Below are positions 1-9,187 of a stretch of 49,836 nt of DNA, piece by piece. The notes under the pieces were generated by a model, which was not told the origin of the DNA, did not search any database, and was given only the letters and a program-made list of their open reading frames with translations. The stretch comes from Candidatus Anderseniibacteriota bacterium (GTDB taxonomy: Bacteria; Patescibacteriota; Andersenbacteria; UBA10190). Location of the stretch: positions 1 to 49,836 of the forward strand of contig DATDYZ010000063.1 of NCBI GenBank assembly GCA_035288905.1. Reading direction: 5' to 3'. Numbering within the stretch: position 1 is the stretch's first letter; every line of letters starts with the position of its first letter. The translations under genes and the position numbers were made by a program.

Positions 1-7
1 TTTTTAT

Positions 8-1474
8 TTATGAATTATTATTTTTATGATACGCGATTACAAGTGGAATAAAGGGGAGCATCCATACAATGTATTGATTATAGAGTACTTGGGTAAATGA
101 GAGCATGATGACAAATACCATCAGAGTGCCACCAGCGAGATTTATCGTTTTTTGATATGCGGCAAGATAGACGATTCCGATGAGGTACACCATGAGGAAT
201 ATTTTACTTATGTCTGTTACGTCCAGTGATTGAGAAAACGAGGATGCGAAGCCGTGCACTTGCTGAGCGGGGCGCTCTATGGGATTTAATAACCCCTGCA
301 ATGTTGCGGGCGCATCATCGATAAGAAAGGGAGCCAGTGTGAGGAGGGGTATGAAAGCCACGAGCCCCGTGATGAGCGCGAGCTGCGAAATTTTTTTTGG
401 CATTTTTCTCCAAGCGAACAATAAAAATAATGGTATAATAAGAATTGCCATTTGTTTGATAGCAAGAGATACGCCGAGTATGACTGCTGCAGTTTTTGGT
501 TTTTTATCTACCATAATTACGGCAAGCAAGAGGAATAGCACACCGAGAAAATCCGTATGCGCTATGCGAAGTACATCAAGCGACCACCTATTAAAGAGCA
601 AAAATCCGGTAGCTGCAACTGCTAATGCAACATATCCTTTTCTTGAGAGATGCACGAGTAGCACAATGCCAACGGCAAGCCAGCTGGCAATTGCAACAGG
701 GCGCCATGCAGTTGTCCAAGAATCAAGATCATGTACGCCAAGAAGAACGAAAGCACTTGCAACTACATACATGCCTGGGGTGTGGGCTGGGTACCCAATG
801 CACGAGCCCTTTTCTAAAACGCACGCATAAGGATTTATGCCCTTAGTAATCTGCTGTCCGCGGTGCAGGTACATGGAAATATCGTTTCCGATAAGGTTTT
901 CTGCATACACTCTATCGATAAGCGAAGTGATCCAATTCTTTTGCTGTGCTAATTGGAAAGCTGCGAGTGCGGTTTCACCCTCTTTGATCTGGGCTGTTAG
1001 CGGGAGTTGCAATCGTACCGTGCTATTTCTTGTTTGTTCTAAGTCAAAATTATATCGTTCCCCCGATCTTGTTGATAATCTTTGTATATGAAACACCAAG
1101 GCTGGTTTTCCTTCTCGTATGGTATATGACGGGTTGTTTGCAGTATGTACTGTTTTTTCGTCCGCCGCGGAGCTGACGTCCAGTTGTAATGTGGCGTAAT
1201 CGGAAGGTGCTATCCAATTATTTTCGTGTCCGTCGATAATCCACAAGATGACATAATCGATGTGGCCAGCTGGGGTTTTAATATTGCGGGCAAGTGGTTG
1301 GTTTGCACCTACCACAAATCCTTTATTTTCCGGATTAACTTCAACTGTCCGTAGAGATTTCATCGTGGGGAGCAGTAAAAGAACAAGTAATCCACCTAAG
1401 AGGATGCTCATTAATAAAACATTTTTCCAGTGAGAAAAAAACTTTAATACGAACGTGTGCATAGATATATTCAT
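8..1474 (-). CDS. Integral membrane protein: signal-anchor, ~230-aa extracytoplasmic domain, then a multi-pass GT-C-like (DUF2029/ArnT-like) region; function tentative
   Basis: ORF 8..1501 starts at GTG. The ATG at 1474, preceded by AAGG, is the likelier start. The C-terminal two thirds is a run of hydrophobic helices. Confidence 0.8.
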   Translation of the reverse strand: MNISMHTFVLKFFSHWKNVLLMSILLGGLLVLLLLPTMKSLRTVEVNPENKGFVVGANQPLARNIKTPAGHIDYVILWIIDGHENNWIAPSDYATLQLDVSSAADEKTVHTANNPSYTIREGKPALVFHIQRLSTRSGERYNFDLEQTRNSTVRLQLPLTAQIKEGETALAAFQLAQQKNWITSLIDRVYAENLIGNDISMYLHRGQQITKGINPYACVLEKGSCIGYPAHTPGMYVVASAFVLLGVHDLDSWTTAWRPVAIASWLAVGIVLLVHLSRKGYVALAVAATGFLLFNRWSLDVLRIAHTDFLGVLFLLLAVIMVDKKPKTAAVILGVSLAIKQMAILIIPLFLLFAWRKMPKKISQLALITGLVAFIPLLTLAPFLIDDAPATLQGLLNPIERPAQQVHGFASSFSQSLDVTDISKIFLMVYLIGIVYLAAYQKTINLAGGTLMVFVIMLSFTQVLYNQYIVWMLPFIPLVIAYHKNNNS

Positions 1475-1513
1475 AGTACCTTGGCTTTGTGGAATACGCA
1501 CCAGCGATGCAAT

Positions 1514-1546
1514 AAGAAAAAAGCTACGGTAGGTGCGCGTAGCTTG
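1514..1546 (-). terminator. Rho-independent terminator for the gene ending at 1571
   Basis: Minus strand reads AAGCTACG-CGCACCTA-CGTAGCTT followed by TTTTTCTT. Confidence 0.6.
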
Positions 1547-1570
1547 GGGTTTGAATGTCTATTTTGCATG

Positions 1571-2078
1571 TCAGTCTTCTATGAGAACTGCTTTTGAAAT
1601 ATCGTGAAGATCATTAATAATCAAGACCTCATCGTTTTCAAGTGTAGATACCATTTCTACCGGCGATAGTGCACGCTGTACTTTGCCCGGCATTATCCAG
1701 AACCCTGCTCGATCCATCCCAGAGTCGCTGCATCCTGGCCTCAGACAGCCTACGAGTTGGATATGCGGTTCCTTTTTATATTCGATGGCGGTATTCTGGA
1801 GTCTCAAATTGGGGCTTTGGTGAGTGGAGTGTAATAGCATTGCCTGGGAGAATATAGTTTCCACACCAAGCACATCGAATAACTTGCTTCGCAAAACATT
1901 CTGGGCAGTACTCTTTATCCTCTGGTAAGGTAAAGAGTCCTGGTGAACCATGAATATTTAGAGTAGTCTTTTTTTTGGCTGTATGTCCGCATTTGCAAAG
2001 CATATCCCACCCAAAAAGTTGATAGAAATTATTTTGCATTCGTTGCCCTATAGTCCGAACGAACTCATGAATTCCCAT
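1571..2078 (-). pseudogene. Cys-rich small protein split over two frames (ORFs 1776..2078 and 1571..1951); frameshifted gene or sequencing error
   Basis: The N-terminal ORF has CxC...CPEC...CAWC motifs and ends ...PEYRHRI*. The overlapping frame continues with protein-like sequence (...KKEPHIQLVGCLRPGCSDSGMDRAGFWIMPGK...LIED) and ends at a terminator. The junction lies near an A-run at ~1776-1800. Confidence 0.45.
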
Positions 2079-2181
2079 GACGTGCTCCTGAGGAAGATTT
2101 TTAGAGGAAAGAACTTTCAGAATATGGACATCTATATAGTATTCTTAAGTACGAACAAATACAAGAAAATCCGGGTTCATT

Positions 2182-2736
2182 TTAATGCAGTATTCCTTTT
2201 TCTTTATGGAATGTTAAAGCCCCTACTACCGCTGGCGCAGTTGATTTATCTTTGGTTCGGGATAGCCAATATTTGCTTTCAGAAGCCGTTGGTAAGCGAC
2301 CATACACGGACGCGAATAACGAATTCATATCTTTTACGACATCAACTTTTGCGGGCAGGGGAAGTGATACGGCGCTTACTGCTGGCCCCGAAGAATTCTT
2401 ATTTTTATGCCACGCCATAGCTGCTCGAATTTTATAGATACTATTTTTGTCTGAGCGGAATCGCTTTTTCCAATAGGTACTTTCGGTATCTGTTGGTTTG
2501 CGCCCAAATGTATCCGTAAATATTTTTTCTGTAGCCAGTGGTACAAAGATGGTTGCTGGATCAATTTGTTCAAGCGTTGTAGTCCCATTGCACGGATACC
2601 CCAAATCGCCACACGTGTAGCTCTCGTTATCTGATGCGCACGTATGAAGCGTATGGCAACCAGAACGATGCGCGAGGGCCACTTGCGGAGCGAATATAAA
2701 GAGTGTTGCGGTAAGTAGCAGAAAACCTTTGTTCAT
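2182..2736 (-). CDS. Secreted protein: signal peptide, Cys/His-rich motif (HRSGCHTLHTCASD..CGDLGYPC), two tandem DUF4214-like repeats
   Basis: N-terminus MNKGFLLLTATLFIFAPQVALA. Internal repeat FGRKPTDTESTYWKKR... / YGRLPTASESKYWLSR... Confidence 0.8.
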   Translation of the reverse strand: MNKGFLLLTATLFIFAPQVALAHRSGCHTLHTCASDNESYTCGDLGYPCNGTTTLEQIDPATIFVPLATEKIFTDTFGRKPTDTESTYWKKRFRSDKNSIYKIRAAMAWHKNKNSSGPAVSAVSLPLPAKVDVVKDMNSLFASVYGRLPTASESKYWLSRTKDKSTAPAVVGALTFHKEKGILH

Positions 2737-2847
2737 GGGTATAGAAATAATTTATCACTTTACACAACAAAAATACATAGCGAACAATACGTGACTTAGT
2801 ACAGTTTTTTCTTATTTGGATTAATGCTGCAGTTGGGATTTTAGGTC

Positions 2848-2877
2848 TTGACAAATACATAATGCTCATTCTATAAT
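2848..2877 (+). promoter_or_regulatory. Sigma70-type promoter TTGACA-N18-TATAAT for the 2990-6370 operon
   Basis: Consensus hexamers at 2848-2853 and 2872-2877, about 110 nt upstream of an AGGAGG-led GTG start. Confidence 0.6.
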
Positions 2878-2989
2878 ACTATCCACTTCACGGATTGTTC
2901 TGCGTGCATGGAGTGGACGTTTTCAATTGAATATGTGTAAAAAATACGCAGATTTCGTTCTCGAACCTCGTTGAAAGGAGGGTATTCTA

Positions 2990-3268
2990 GTGGTATTGGC
3001 ATTTCTGCCTCCCCATGTGTGGCCGTTAGCTATTGCTGGTGGCGTAGGGCTGTTCTTGTGGCTATGGCATTTATTTGCCAAAAGCTCCGAGGCCCGAAAG
3101 ATTGTTAGTGAAATGACCGGCGAGCAGAGTCCAGACAATGTTCTGGACGAAGTTCGCCAGCAGGCACGCGATGCGTTGCCTGCTGCAGAAGTTGAAGCAG
3201 CAAACGCCGTCGCTAATCTGCAGCAGCTTCGCAACGTTGCCGGTGTTGATGACGCGAGTGCTGAGTAA
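2990..3268 (+). CDS. Small membrane protein (one or two N-terminal TM helices, helical acidic tail)
   Basis: GTG start 7 nt after AGGAGG. First gene of the G+C-richer operon. Confidence 0.65.
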   Translation: MVLAFLPPHVWPLAIAGGVGLFLWLWHLFAKSSEARKIVSEMTGEQSPDNVLDEVRQQARDALPAAEVEAANAVANLQQLRNVAGVDDASAE

Positions 3269-3339
3269 ACGGAGCTTTTGGTAGTGTGCCTTGAGCTCAT
3301 TGGTGTTTCTTTTTCTCAAGTCCTGAAAGGACACGTACA

Positions 3340-4758
3340 ATGTCGGGTCGAGATTCAAGTGGACGATTTGCCTCTAATGCTGGTATTCCCAGCGAACAGG
3401 ACAAGAGCGAAGGCTCTTTCTTATTGTTGAAGCTCAGAAGAAGGTACCCTGCCGTTGCGGCAGCGTTCTTGGCGATCTTCTTCCTCTTCAGTTTTACCAG
3501 TTTGATTGAGTGGAATTCTGATGAAGACTGGCAGGTGTGCCAGTACATCGACGGCAGTTATCGAATCGTCGATCAAGCCGGATTCTATTTCCAGTGGTAT
3601 GGGGAGGTTTGGACGTATCCCAAGTTCCTCGATATCTACTATTCAGATACCGAGCAAAATGGGGCAAAAAAGTCTCCCGAAGAAGACACTTCTATTCGTG
3701 TGACGTTCTCTGACGCAGGAACCGGGTTTACGAGCCACTACATTCGGCTCCAAATCTTACCTACGACGGAGCAGAAGCGGATGGAATTCCATCGACACTT
3801 TGCTGAAACGGGGATCGAAGGCGTCAATCATATGGTTGAGCAGCATCTCACAACGTGCGTGAAAAACTCTGGGCCACTCATGAGTGCCTCAGAATATCAT
3901 GCGCAGCGGCGTGCCGAGTACTATCAACTTGTTCGTGAGCAGCTTGAGCAAGGGCTCTATCGTATGGAAGTGGTGGAGCAGGACGTCGAGATGGAGGTGC
4001 CGGACAGAAGTATGCATCAGTTTTCACAGAGTGACACCGAGACTGTGTACCAGACTCGAGTCGCGCTTGATGCTGAAAAGCAGCCTATCCAAGTCTTTCC
4101 TTCTCCTATCGTGGAGTATGGATTTGAGGTGAAACAATACTCAATTACCAATACGACCTACGATGAGCAAACACAGACCCAGCTTGATGCGCGTCGGGAA
4201 AGCTACCAGCTTGCCGAACAAGCAAAGGCGGGGGTTGTGAAAGAGAAGCAAAAAGTCTTCTCTGTTGTTGAGGCCGGCAAGGCAGCCGTTGCGCTTGTGG
4301 AGTCGAACGAAAACCAGAAGCTCAAACATGCAACAGTGACCGCAACGCAGGGCGTCGAAGTTGAACAGCAAGTTCAAGAGGAAGAGGTGGCTGTCGCAGG
4401 GCAGTTACTTACTACTGCAGAGCAGAAGCTTCTGGAAACAGAACAGCTTCTGGCACTTTCTGCGATCAAGTTGGAAAGTGCGGAATTCGAAGCCAGGGAA
4501 ATGATCTCCCAAGCTGAAGCAACTCGTGCCAAGCTCGAAAAAGGAGGTGCAGTTGCAGAAATCGATGAGTTGCGTGCAGAAATGCGGAAAAAACGTATGA
4601 CTGCTCTTGCAAATCTGGCCAAACTCCCGTCTCCCAAGACGGTCATTATTAGCGGCTCTCAGAATGGCAACGCCGGGCAGGGAGTTGCGACGACAGACGC
4701 GTTGATGCAGCTCTTTTTGCTGCAACAGGTGGAAAAGCAAAAACCATCGGCAAACTAA
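3340..4758 (+). CDS. Membrane-anchored SPFH/band-7-like protein with a long C-terminal coiled coil (tentative family)
   Basis: N-terminal TM helix. The segment WQVCQYIDGSYRIVDQAGFYF... resembles the SPFH N-terminal strand pattern. The C-terminus is E/A/Q/K-rich heptad-like. Paralog of 4826..6370. Confidence 0.8.
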   Translation: MSGRDSSGRFASNAGIPSEQDKSEGSFLLLKLRRRYPAVAAAFLAIFFLFSFTSLIEWNSDEDWQVCQYIDGSYRIVDQAGFYFQWYGEVWTYPKFLDIYYSDTEQNGAKKSPEEDTSIRVTFSDAGTGFTSHYIRLQILPTTEQKRMEFHRHFAETGIEGVNHMVEQHLTTCVKNSGPLMSASEYHAQRRAEYYQLVREQLEQGLYRMEVVEQDVEMEVPDRSMHQFSQSDTETVYQTRVALDAEKQPIQVFPSPIVEYGFEVKQYSITNTTYDEQTQTQLDARRESYQLAEQAKAGVVKEKQKVFSVVEAGKAAVALVESNENQKLKHATVTATQGVEVEQQVQEEEVAVAGQLLTTAEQKLLETEQLLALSAIKLESAEFEAREMISQAEATRAKLEKGGAVAEIDELRAEMRKKRMTALANLAKLPSPKTVIISGSQNGNAGQGVATTDALMQLFLLQQVEKQKPSAN

Positions 4759-4825
4759 TTGACTTTGGTTTCTGGTTAAAGCTTAGGTAAACAACATCAA
4801 GTTCCAAACAAGAAGGATTTCTCTC

Positions 4826-6370
4826 ATGAGTATCAAGTGGTTACGACGTTCGCTCGGAATTGCCGCGTTGGCGATTTTCGGAATATTCGTATTTGCGGAA
4901 GCGTTGATAGGTCGAAACGACCTGAACGAATGGCAGGTTGTGCAATATCCAGGAGGTACCGTCGAGGTTCGAAACGAACCAGGATTGTACTACCGAGGGT
5001 TTGCCAAAGTAACGACCTACCCGGAGATGATCGAGGTGTATTGCACTAAACGACCAACTTCCGATTCGCCGAACGATAATAGTGCGCGTGCGCCATTTAA
5101 CGATGGCGGGTACGCTGATCTGGACTGGTATGCCAGAGTGATTCTGCCCAAGTTGGAAGGGGGTGAAACGTCAGAAGCGAAAGAAAAAATTCTGGCTGTG
5201 CAACTCAACTTTCACCGACAATTTCGTAATATCGAGAATGCAAGAAATGCGATTCGTGCACACGGTCGCGACTGCATCTCTCGTACCGGTGCGACGATGT
5301 CGTCTACGGAAAATCAGGCGACACACAAAGGAGAATTCTATGAGCGTGTCCTTGGTCAAGTAAAGGATGGGCTGTACAAGATGCAGAAGGTTACGATTCG
5401 CAGAAGAGATTCGGTGACCGAGCTGCTGAAACAGGCAGAGAAAGATTCTGCAGTAGCACTTGAAACTCCGGTAGAGGGGCAATCTGCAGAGCCAAAAACG
5501 TCTGCCGGGAGCGTTTCTGTTCACCAGCCAACGAAAGTAGTGGGTGAACAGAGCGTTGAAGCGACAGATACCGTACTTGCTGCCGAAATCGCGAGAGACG
5601 CAAGCGGCAAGCCAATCATTATGAACGAATCCCCTTTGACCCAGTATGGGATGAGGGTGCATCAGTTCAGTATCTCCGCAACGGAGTATGATCAGGGGAC
5701 AGAAGAGAAGTTCGCGGTTAAGAAGGGCTTCATTCTTGAGGCAGAAAAAAACAAGGCAGAAGCTGTTCGCAATGCTCAACAGCGGTTGTTGACTATTGCG
5801 GAAGGCGATCGAAAGATTGCTGAAACGGAATGGAAAGCGAACGAAACGAAGGCAGAACGAGTTATTGCGGCTCGTTTGAAGCAAGAAGTTGCGACGATCG
5901 GCAAAGAGTTGGCCGAAGTGAAGGGCCAGACGAAGGTGAAAGTTGCCGAAGTTAACGCAAAAGTTGGCGAACAGGAAAAACTGATCGCGGAAAAAATGGC
6001 CCTGATTGCCGAAAATGAGAAGAAGGCAGCAGAGCTGCTGGCACAGGCCAGGGAGCAGATGATTGAGATTGGTGGAGCGGCTTCTGACTACGAAAAGAAG
6101 TTGCTGGAAATCCAGTTGACGGAAATCGAAGCGATTGCGCTTGCCTTCGAGGGTATGGAGGTGCCGGACACCGTCATCATGTCTGCTGAGTCCGTACCGG
6201 TTGGTTCCTCTCCGCTCGCACAGGCGCTTCCTAGCTTGCGACTCCTCGATGCCTTTGGTATCACGCAGAAGCAAGAAGGGATCGTACCTTCGAAATGGAG
6301 AACCGAAGAAAGTAAGCCGGTGTCTCTAACTCAGACTCCGGCAACCACTACTGCAGCAGCTGCTCAGTAG
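4826..6370 (+). CDS. Membrane-anchored SPFH/band-7-like coiled-coil protein, paralog of 3340..4758
   Basis: Same architecture as 3340..4758. WQVVQYPGGTVEVRNEPGLYY aligns with the upstream paralog. GAAGGA RBS. Confidence 0.85.
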   Translation: MSIKWLRRSLGIAALAIFGIFVFAEALIGRNDLNEWQVVQYPGGTVEVRNEPGLYYRGFAKVTTYPEMIEVYCTKRPTSDSPNDNSARAPFNDGGYADLDWYARVILPKLEGGETSEAKEKILAVQLNFHRQFRNIENARNAIRAHGRDCISRTGATMSSTENQATHKGEFYERVLGQVKDGLYKMQKVTIRRRDSVTELLKQAEKDSAVALETPVEGQSAEPKTSAGSVSVHQPTKVVGEQSVEATDTVLAAEIARDASGKPIIMNESPLTQYGMRVHQFSISATEYDQGTEEKFAVKKGFILEAEKNKAEAVRNAQQRLLTIAEGDRKIAETEWKANETKAERVIAARLKQEVATIGKELAEVKGQTKVKVAEVNAKVGEQEKLIAEKMALIAENEKKAAELLAQAREQMIEIGGAASDYEKKLLEIQLTEIEAIALAFEGMEVPDTVIMSAESVPVGSSPLAQALPSLRLLDAFGITQKQEGIVPSKWRTEESKPVSLTQTPATTTAAAAQ

Positions 6371-6399
6371 GAAAGTTCCTTAAATCCACACATGTGGTG

Positions 6400-6431
6400 C
6401 CCCGATCTATTTACTAGACCGGGGTTTTTTA
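6400..6431 (+). terminator. Rho-independent terminator of the 2990-6370 operon
   Basis: CCCCGATC...GACCGGGG stem followed by TTTTTT. Confidence 0.7.
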
Positions 6432-6484
6432 TTGGACGGGAGTTCAGCAGTTATTTTCATCGCCATATGTGATATGGTTATATC

Positions 6485-7693
6485 ATGAAGAAACTCTTGT
6501 TGATTTTTACGTGTATTGCTATTTTTTATGCGCTACTCAACAAACCCGCCAAGTTCACAGGGACTATTAAAGGAATTGCAAATACCAACAATGAAGCAGT
6601 AAAGATTGGTAAACAGTTTTCTAACGGAAGCTGTGAAGGTAGCGGCAAGAAGCTCATGACTACTGCCCCAATGAAACCCCAGGATATACGGATGATCCTG
6701 CCGTATGGCACCATGGTTGGAGGTCACGTGATGCCGACATCACATCAGTACTTGGAACCGTGGGATAGAACCCTCGGTAGGGATAAGTATGAAGTGAGGG
6801 CTGCAATGGACGCGACACTCTACTCGATCAGCCGACGAGCGCAAAATGTAGAGTCGGGCAAGGCAACGGCAGAAGAGTTCCAGCTTTGGTTCGCAGTCAG
6901 TTGTACTCATTTCTACTATTACGATTTGATGACGAGCCTATCTCCGGATCTCCGCAAGATATTTGATCAAAAAAAGCAGCAGAACGACTCCGCATATGTA
7001 AACATTCAAGTGAAGGCAGGGCAAGTGTTAGGGAAAATTGGCGGACAGACGTTAGATTACGGCGTTTGGGATACCCAGCTGCCCTCTCCCGCTGGCATTC
7101 TGGTGCCCAAACACTATGGGTGGGACGGATTTCGTCCATATCTGGCAGATCCTCTCAATTACTATACCGACGATCTTAAGAAAATTATGCTATCTAAATA
7201 TGTGCGAACTACTAAACCAATCTCTGGTAAAGTTGATTACGATATTGATGGCACATTGGTCGGCGGTTGGTTTTTAAAAGGCACGGGTGAAGTAACCGGA
7301 GGTCAATCTCGGAAGTATTGGGCCGGACACTTGGCCTTCGCGCCGGAGTATCTCGACCCGAGTGTATATTTAATTTCAGTCGGTGACTTCGCTGGGCAGG
7401 AAAAGCAATTTTCTATCTCTAGGAGTGCACCGAATCCTATAAATGTTAGTGTGAAGACCGGATTGGTAAAGTACGATTTGTTGCCTTGGACACACGTACA
7501 GGCAGATGGAACACCTTGGCATTGGATGCGTTATTCTAAGGGCGTGAGAATTGTTAATGAAGGGAATCAAAAGTTAGGCTGTGTCCTTGTTCAAATGCTC
7601 GAGTCTCGTAAACTCAAATTCGAGGGTTTTCAAGGAAAGACTTGTGCCAGTATTAAGCAATTTACTAGTTCGGCAAAGACGTATGAACGGTAG
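6485..7693 (+). CDS. Secreted/anchored protein of an M23/LytM-like family (V-x-AGQ-x-[IL]G motif); member 1 of 4 in the window
   Basis: Signal-anchor MKKLLLIFTCIAIFYALL. The motif IQVKAGQVLGKIGGQTLDYGVWD is shared with 7741..8475, 14716..15507 and 31410..32165. Confidence 0.8.
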   Translation: MKKLLLIFTCIAIFYALLNKPAKFTGTIKGIANTNNEAVKIGKQFSNGSCEGSGKKLMTTAPMKPQDIRMILPYGTMVGGHVMPTSHQYLEPWDRTLGRDKYEVRAAMDATLYSISRRAQNVESGKATAEEFQLWFAVSCTHFYYYDLMTSLSPDLRKIFDQKKQQNDSAYVNIQVKAGQVLGKIGGQTLDYGVWDTQLPSPAGILVPKHYGWDGFRPYLADPLNYYTDDLKKIMLSKYVRTTKPISGKVDYDIDGTLVGGWFLKGTGEVTGGQSRKYWAGHLAFAPEYLDPSVYLISVGDFAGQEKQFSISRSAPNPINVSVKTGLVKYDLLPWTHVQADGTPWHWMRYSKGVRIVNEGNQKLGCVLVQMLESRKLKFEGFQGKTCASIKQFTSSAKTYER

Positions 7694-7740
7694 TCAGCGA
7701 AATAAAAGTACCCGATACCTTTATGACTATTTATATGCGT

Positions 7741-8475
7741 TTAATACTGCCCTGTAACCGAGCATGCGGTACCTTTAATAACTTTTCTATCTTTACCCAG
7801 TAGGCCAAGCCAGGTTGTTTGAATATTTTTTGGAAGATGGGTAAATGGGCACGTAGCTGTATTATTAACAAACAATGCAAAATCCCAGTTATGCTCGCCA
7901 GGCGTGCCAGTTGTTGTTCCTATTCTTTGTCCCGCTTTTACCGCAACAGCTTTTATAGGCGATGTTTGCGCTTTGGTTAAAGGTTTACCTGGAGCAGTGC
8001 TGACTGGTTTGCTAACAGGTACGGCAGCTAGCAATGCCGGTATGGGCTTAGTTACATGGTTAATACGGTATTTGCTTACAGCGTTTATCTGAAACTCAAA
8101 ATCGTAATCTGGTGCAGAAAGTTTTGGACCTAAGTCTGCGCGGTTCTTGTATGCCGCATACACTAACGTGCCATCTGCTGGCGCGATAACAGGAACAAAC
8201 GCAGCGCTTTTATTATGAATATATAAAAATCGCGCATCAGCATTTATTAAGGATCCCGGTGCAATAAACTTGATCTCGTTTGCATTTGATGGGCCCACTG
8301 TAAGGAGTGATCGAGAGGTAACCCCAGCCACTGTTGATATCGGTGAAATACTTGCAACGGACTGACGAGGAATGAGATGAAGTTGAATCAATGCAATGAG
8401 AGTAATACCAAAGGATGCAACTGCCCATATGCCCAGTGCTTTTCGTACATCCGCGGGCAATGTGTGAAAAGGCAT
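7741..8475 (-). CDS. Secreted/anchored M23/LytM-like family protein, member 2
   Basis: N-terminal TM helix. APADGTLVYA...VAVKAGQRIGTTTGTPGEHNWDFALF. Confidence 0.8.
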   Translation of the reverse strand: MPFHTLPADVRKALGIWAVASFGITLIALIQLHLIPRQSVASISPISTVAGVTSRSLLTVGPSNANEIKFIAPGSLINADARFLYIHNKSAAFVPVIAPADGTLVYAAYKNRADLGPKLSAPDYDFEFQINAVSKYRINHVTKPIPALLAAVPVSKPVSTAPGKPLTKAQTSPIKAVAVKAGQRIGTTTGTPGEHNWDFALFVNNTATCPFTHLPKNIQTTWLGLLGKDRKVIKGTACSVTGQY

Positions 8476-8478
8476 TTT

Positions 8479-8727
8479 TTATCTTCTAACAAATTTTAGT
8501 ACGGCAAGTAGAACACATGCGCCGAGCAGTGATACTAAAAATCCATAGATGCTAAATCCTGTGGAAGTGTCGCCACCGAGCAATCCCATAATCCAACTAC
8601 CAACAAAGGCACCAATAACTCCAACAATGATGTTGAGAATAATGCCTTGCTGACCATCTGTTCCCATAACAAGGGATGCGACCCATCCAACTAATCCTCC
8701 GAATATAAGTGTGGTAATAATTCCCAT
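8479..8727 (-). CDS. GlsB/YeaQ/YmgE family (transglycosylase-associated) small membrane protein
   Basis: GGLVGWVASLVMG....IILNIIVGVIGAFVGSWI is typical of the family. Confidence 0.85.
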   Translation of the reverse strand: MGIITTLIFGGLVGWVASLVMGTDGQQGIILNIIVGVIGAFVGSWIMGLLGGDTSTGFSIYGFLVSLLGACVLLAVLKFVRR

Positions 8728-8755
8728 AGATGTTTTTTGTTAAAAAATAGTAAAT

Positions 8756-9160
8756 TTATACTTCTTCTTCGTTCATTTTTTCTGCAGCCTCTGGGGTTGA
8801 TACTGTTTTTCCCATAAACAGTAACTTTATAATCCCCATCGCAACTATCCAATATACCAGCATGGCAAGAAGCGTTGTCCATTCAAAAATACTTCCTTCG
8901 ATACGAGTGATTCTAAATACACTTAAAAATGGAGCCGTAAATACGTAGGTGACTCCATAAATGAAGCTGGTAAACCCAGCTAGGGGATTTGCGCCCGTGA
9001 GTTTTAATATAAATCGAAATGCTAAAAGTATCTCAAGAAGACCCAGAAGATACCATACTATTTGTGTGCCTCTGTACAGAGGCTTTGTGCTACCAGAACT
9101 ATACGATGAATCCATAGATATTTTATTGTGAAAAGCTAAAATATAGCTATACCTACTCAT
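8756..9160 (-). CDS. YggT family membrane protein
   Basis: LLEILLAFRFILKLTGANP..FTSFIYGVTYVFTAPF pattern. An alternative start at 9115 (MDSS...) is possible. Confidence 0.75.
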   Translation of the reverse strand: MSRYSYILAFHNKISMDSSYSSGSTKPLYRGTQIVWYLLGLLEILLAFRFILKLTGANPLAGFTSFIYGVTYVFTAPFLSVFRITRIEGSIFEWTTLLAMLVYWIVAMGIIKLLFMGKTVSTPEAAEKMNEEEV

Positions 9161-9187
9161 AACTATACGCGGTTTATTGCAATAGCG

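Noticed and set aside
279-1091. Plus-strand ORFs (183, 73 and 84 aa) inside the 8..1474 membrane protein gene
   Set aside because: They are antisense shadows with no RBS or promoter, and their composition is atypical of coding sequence.
5171-6274. 367-aa ORF antisense to the 4826..6370 gene
   Set aside because: It is a shadow ORF inside a well-supported coiled-coil gene. The translation is Arg/Leu/Phe/Cys-rich low-complexity sequence with no start context. The same reasoning applies to 4141..4740 (-) and 5391..5615 (-).
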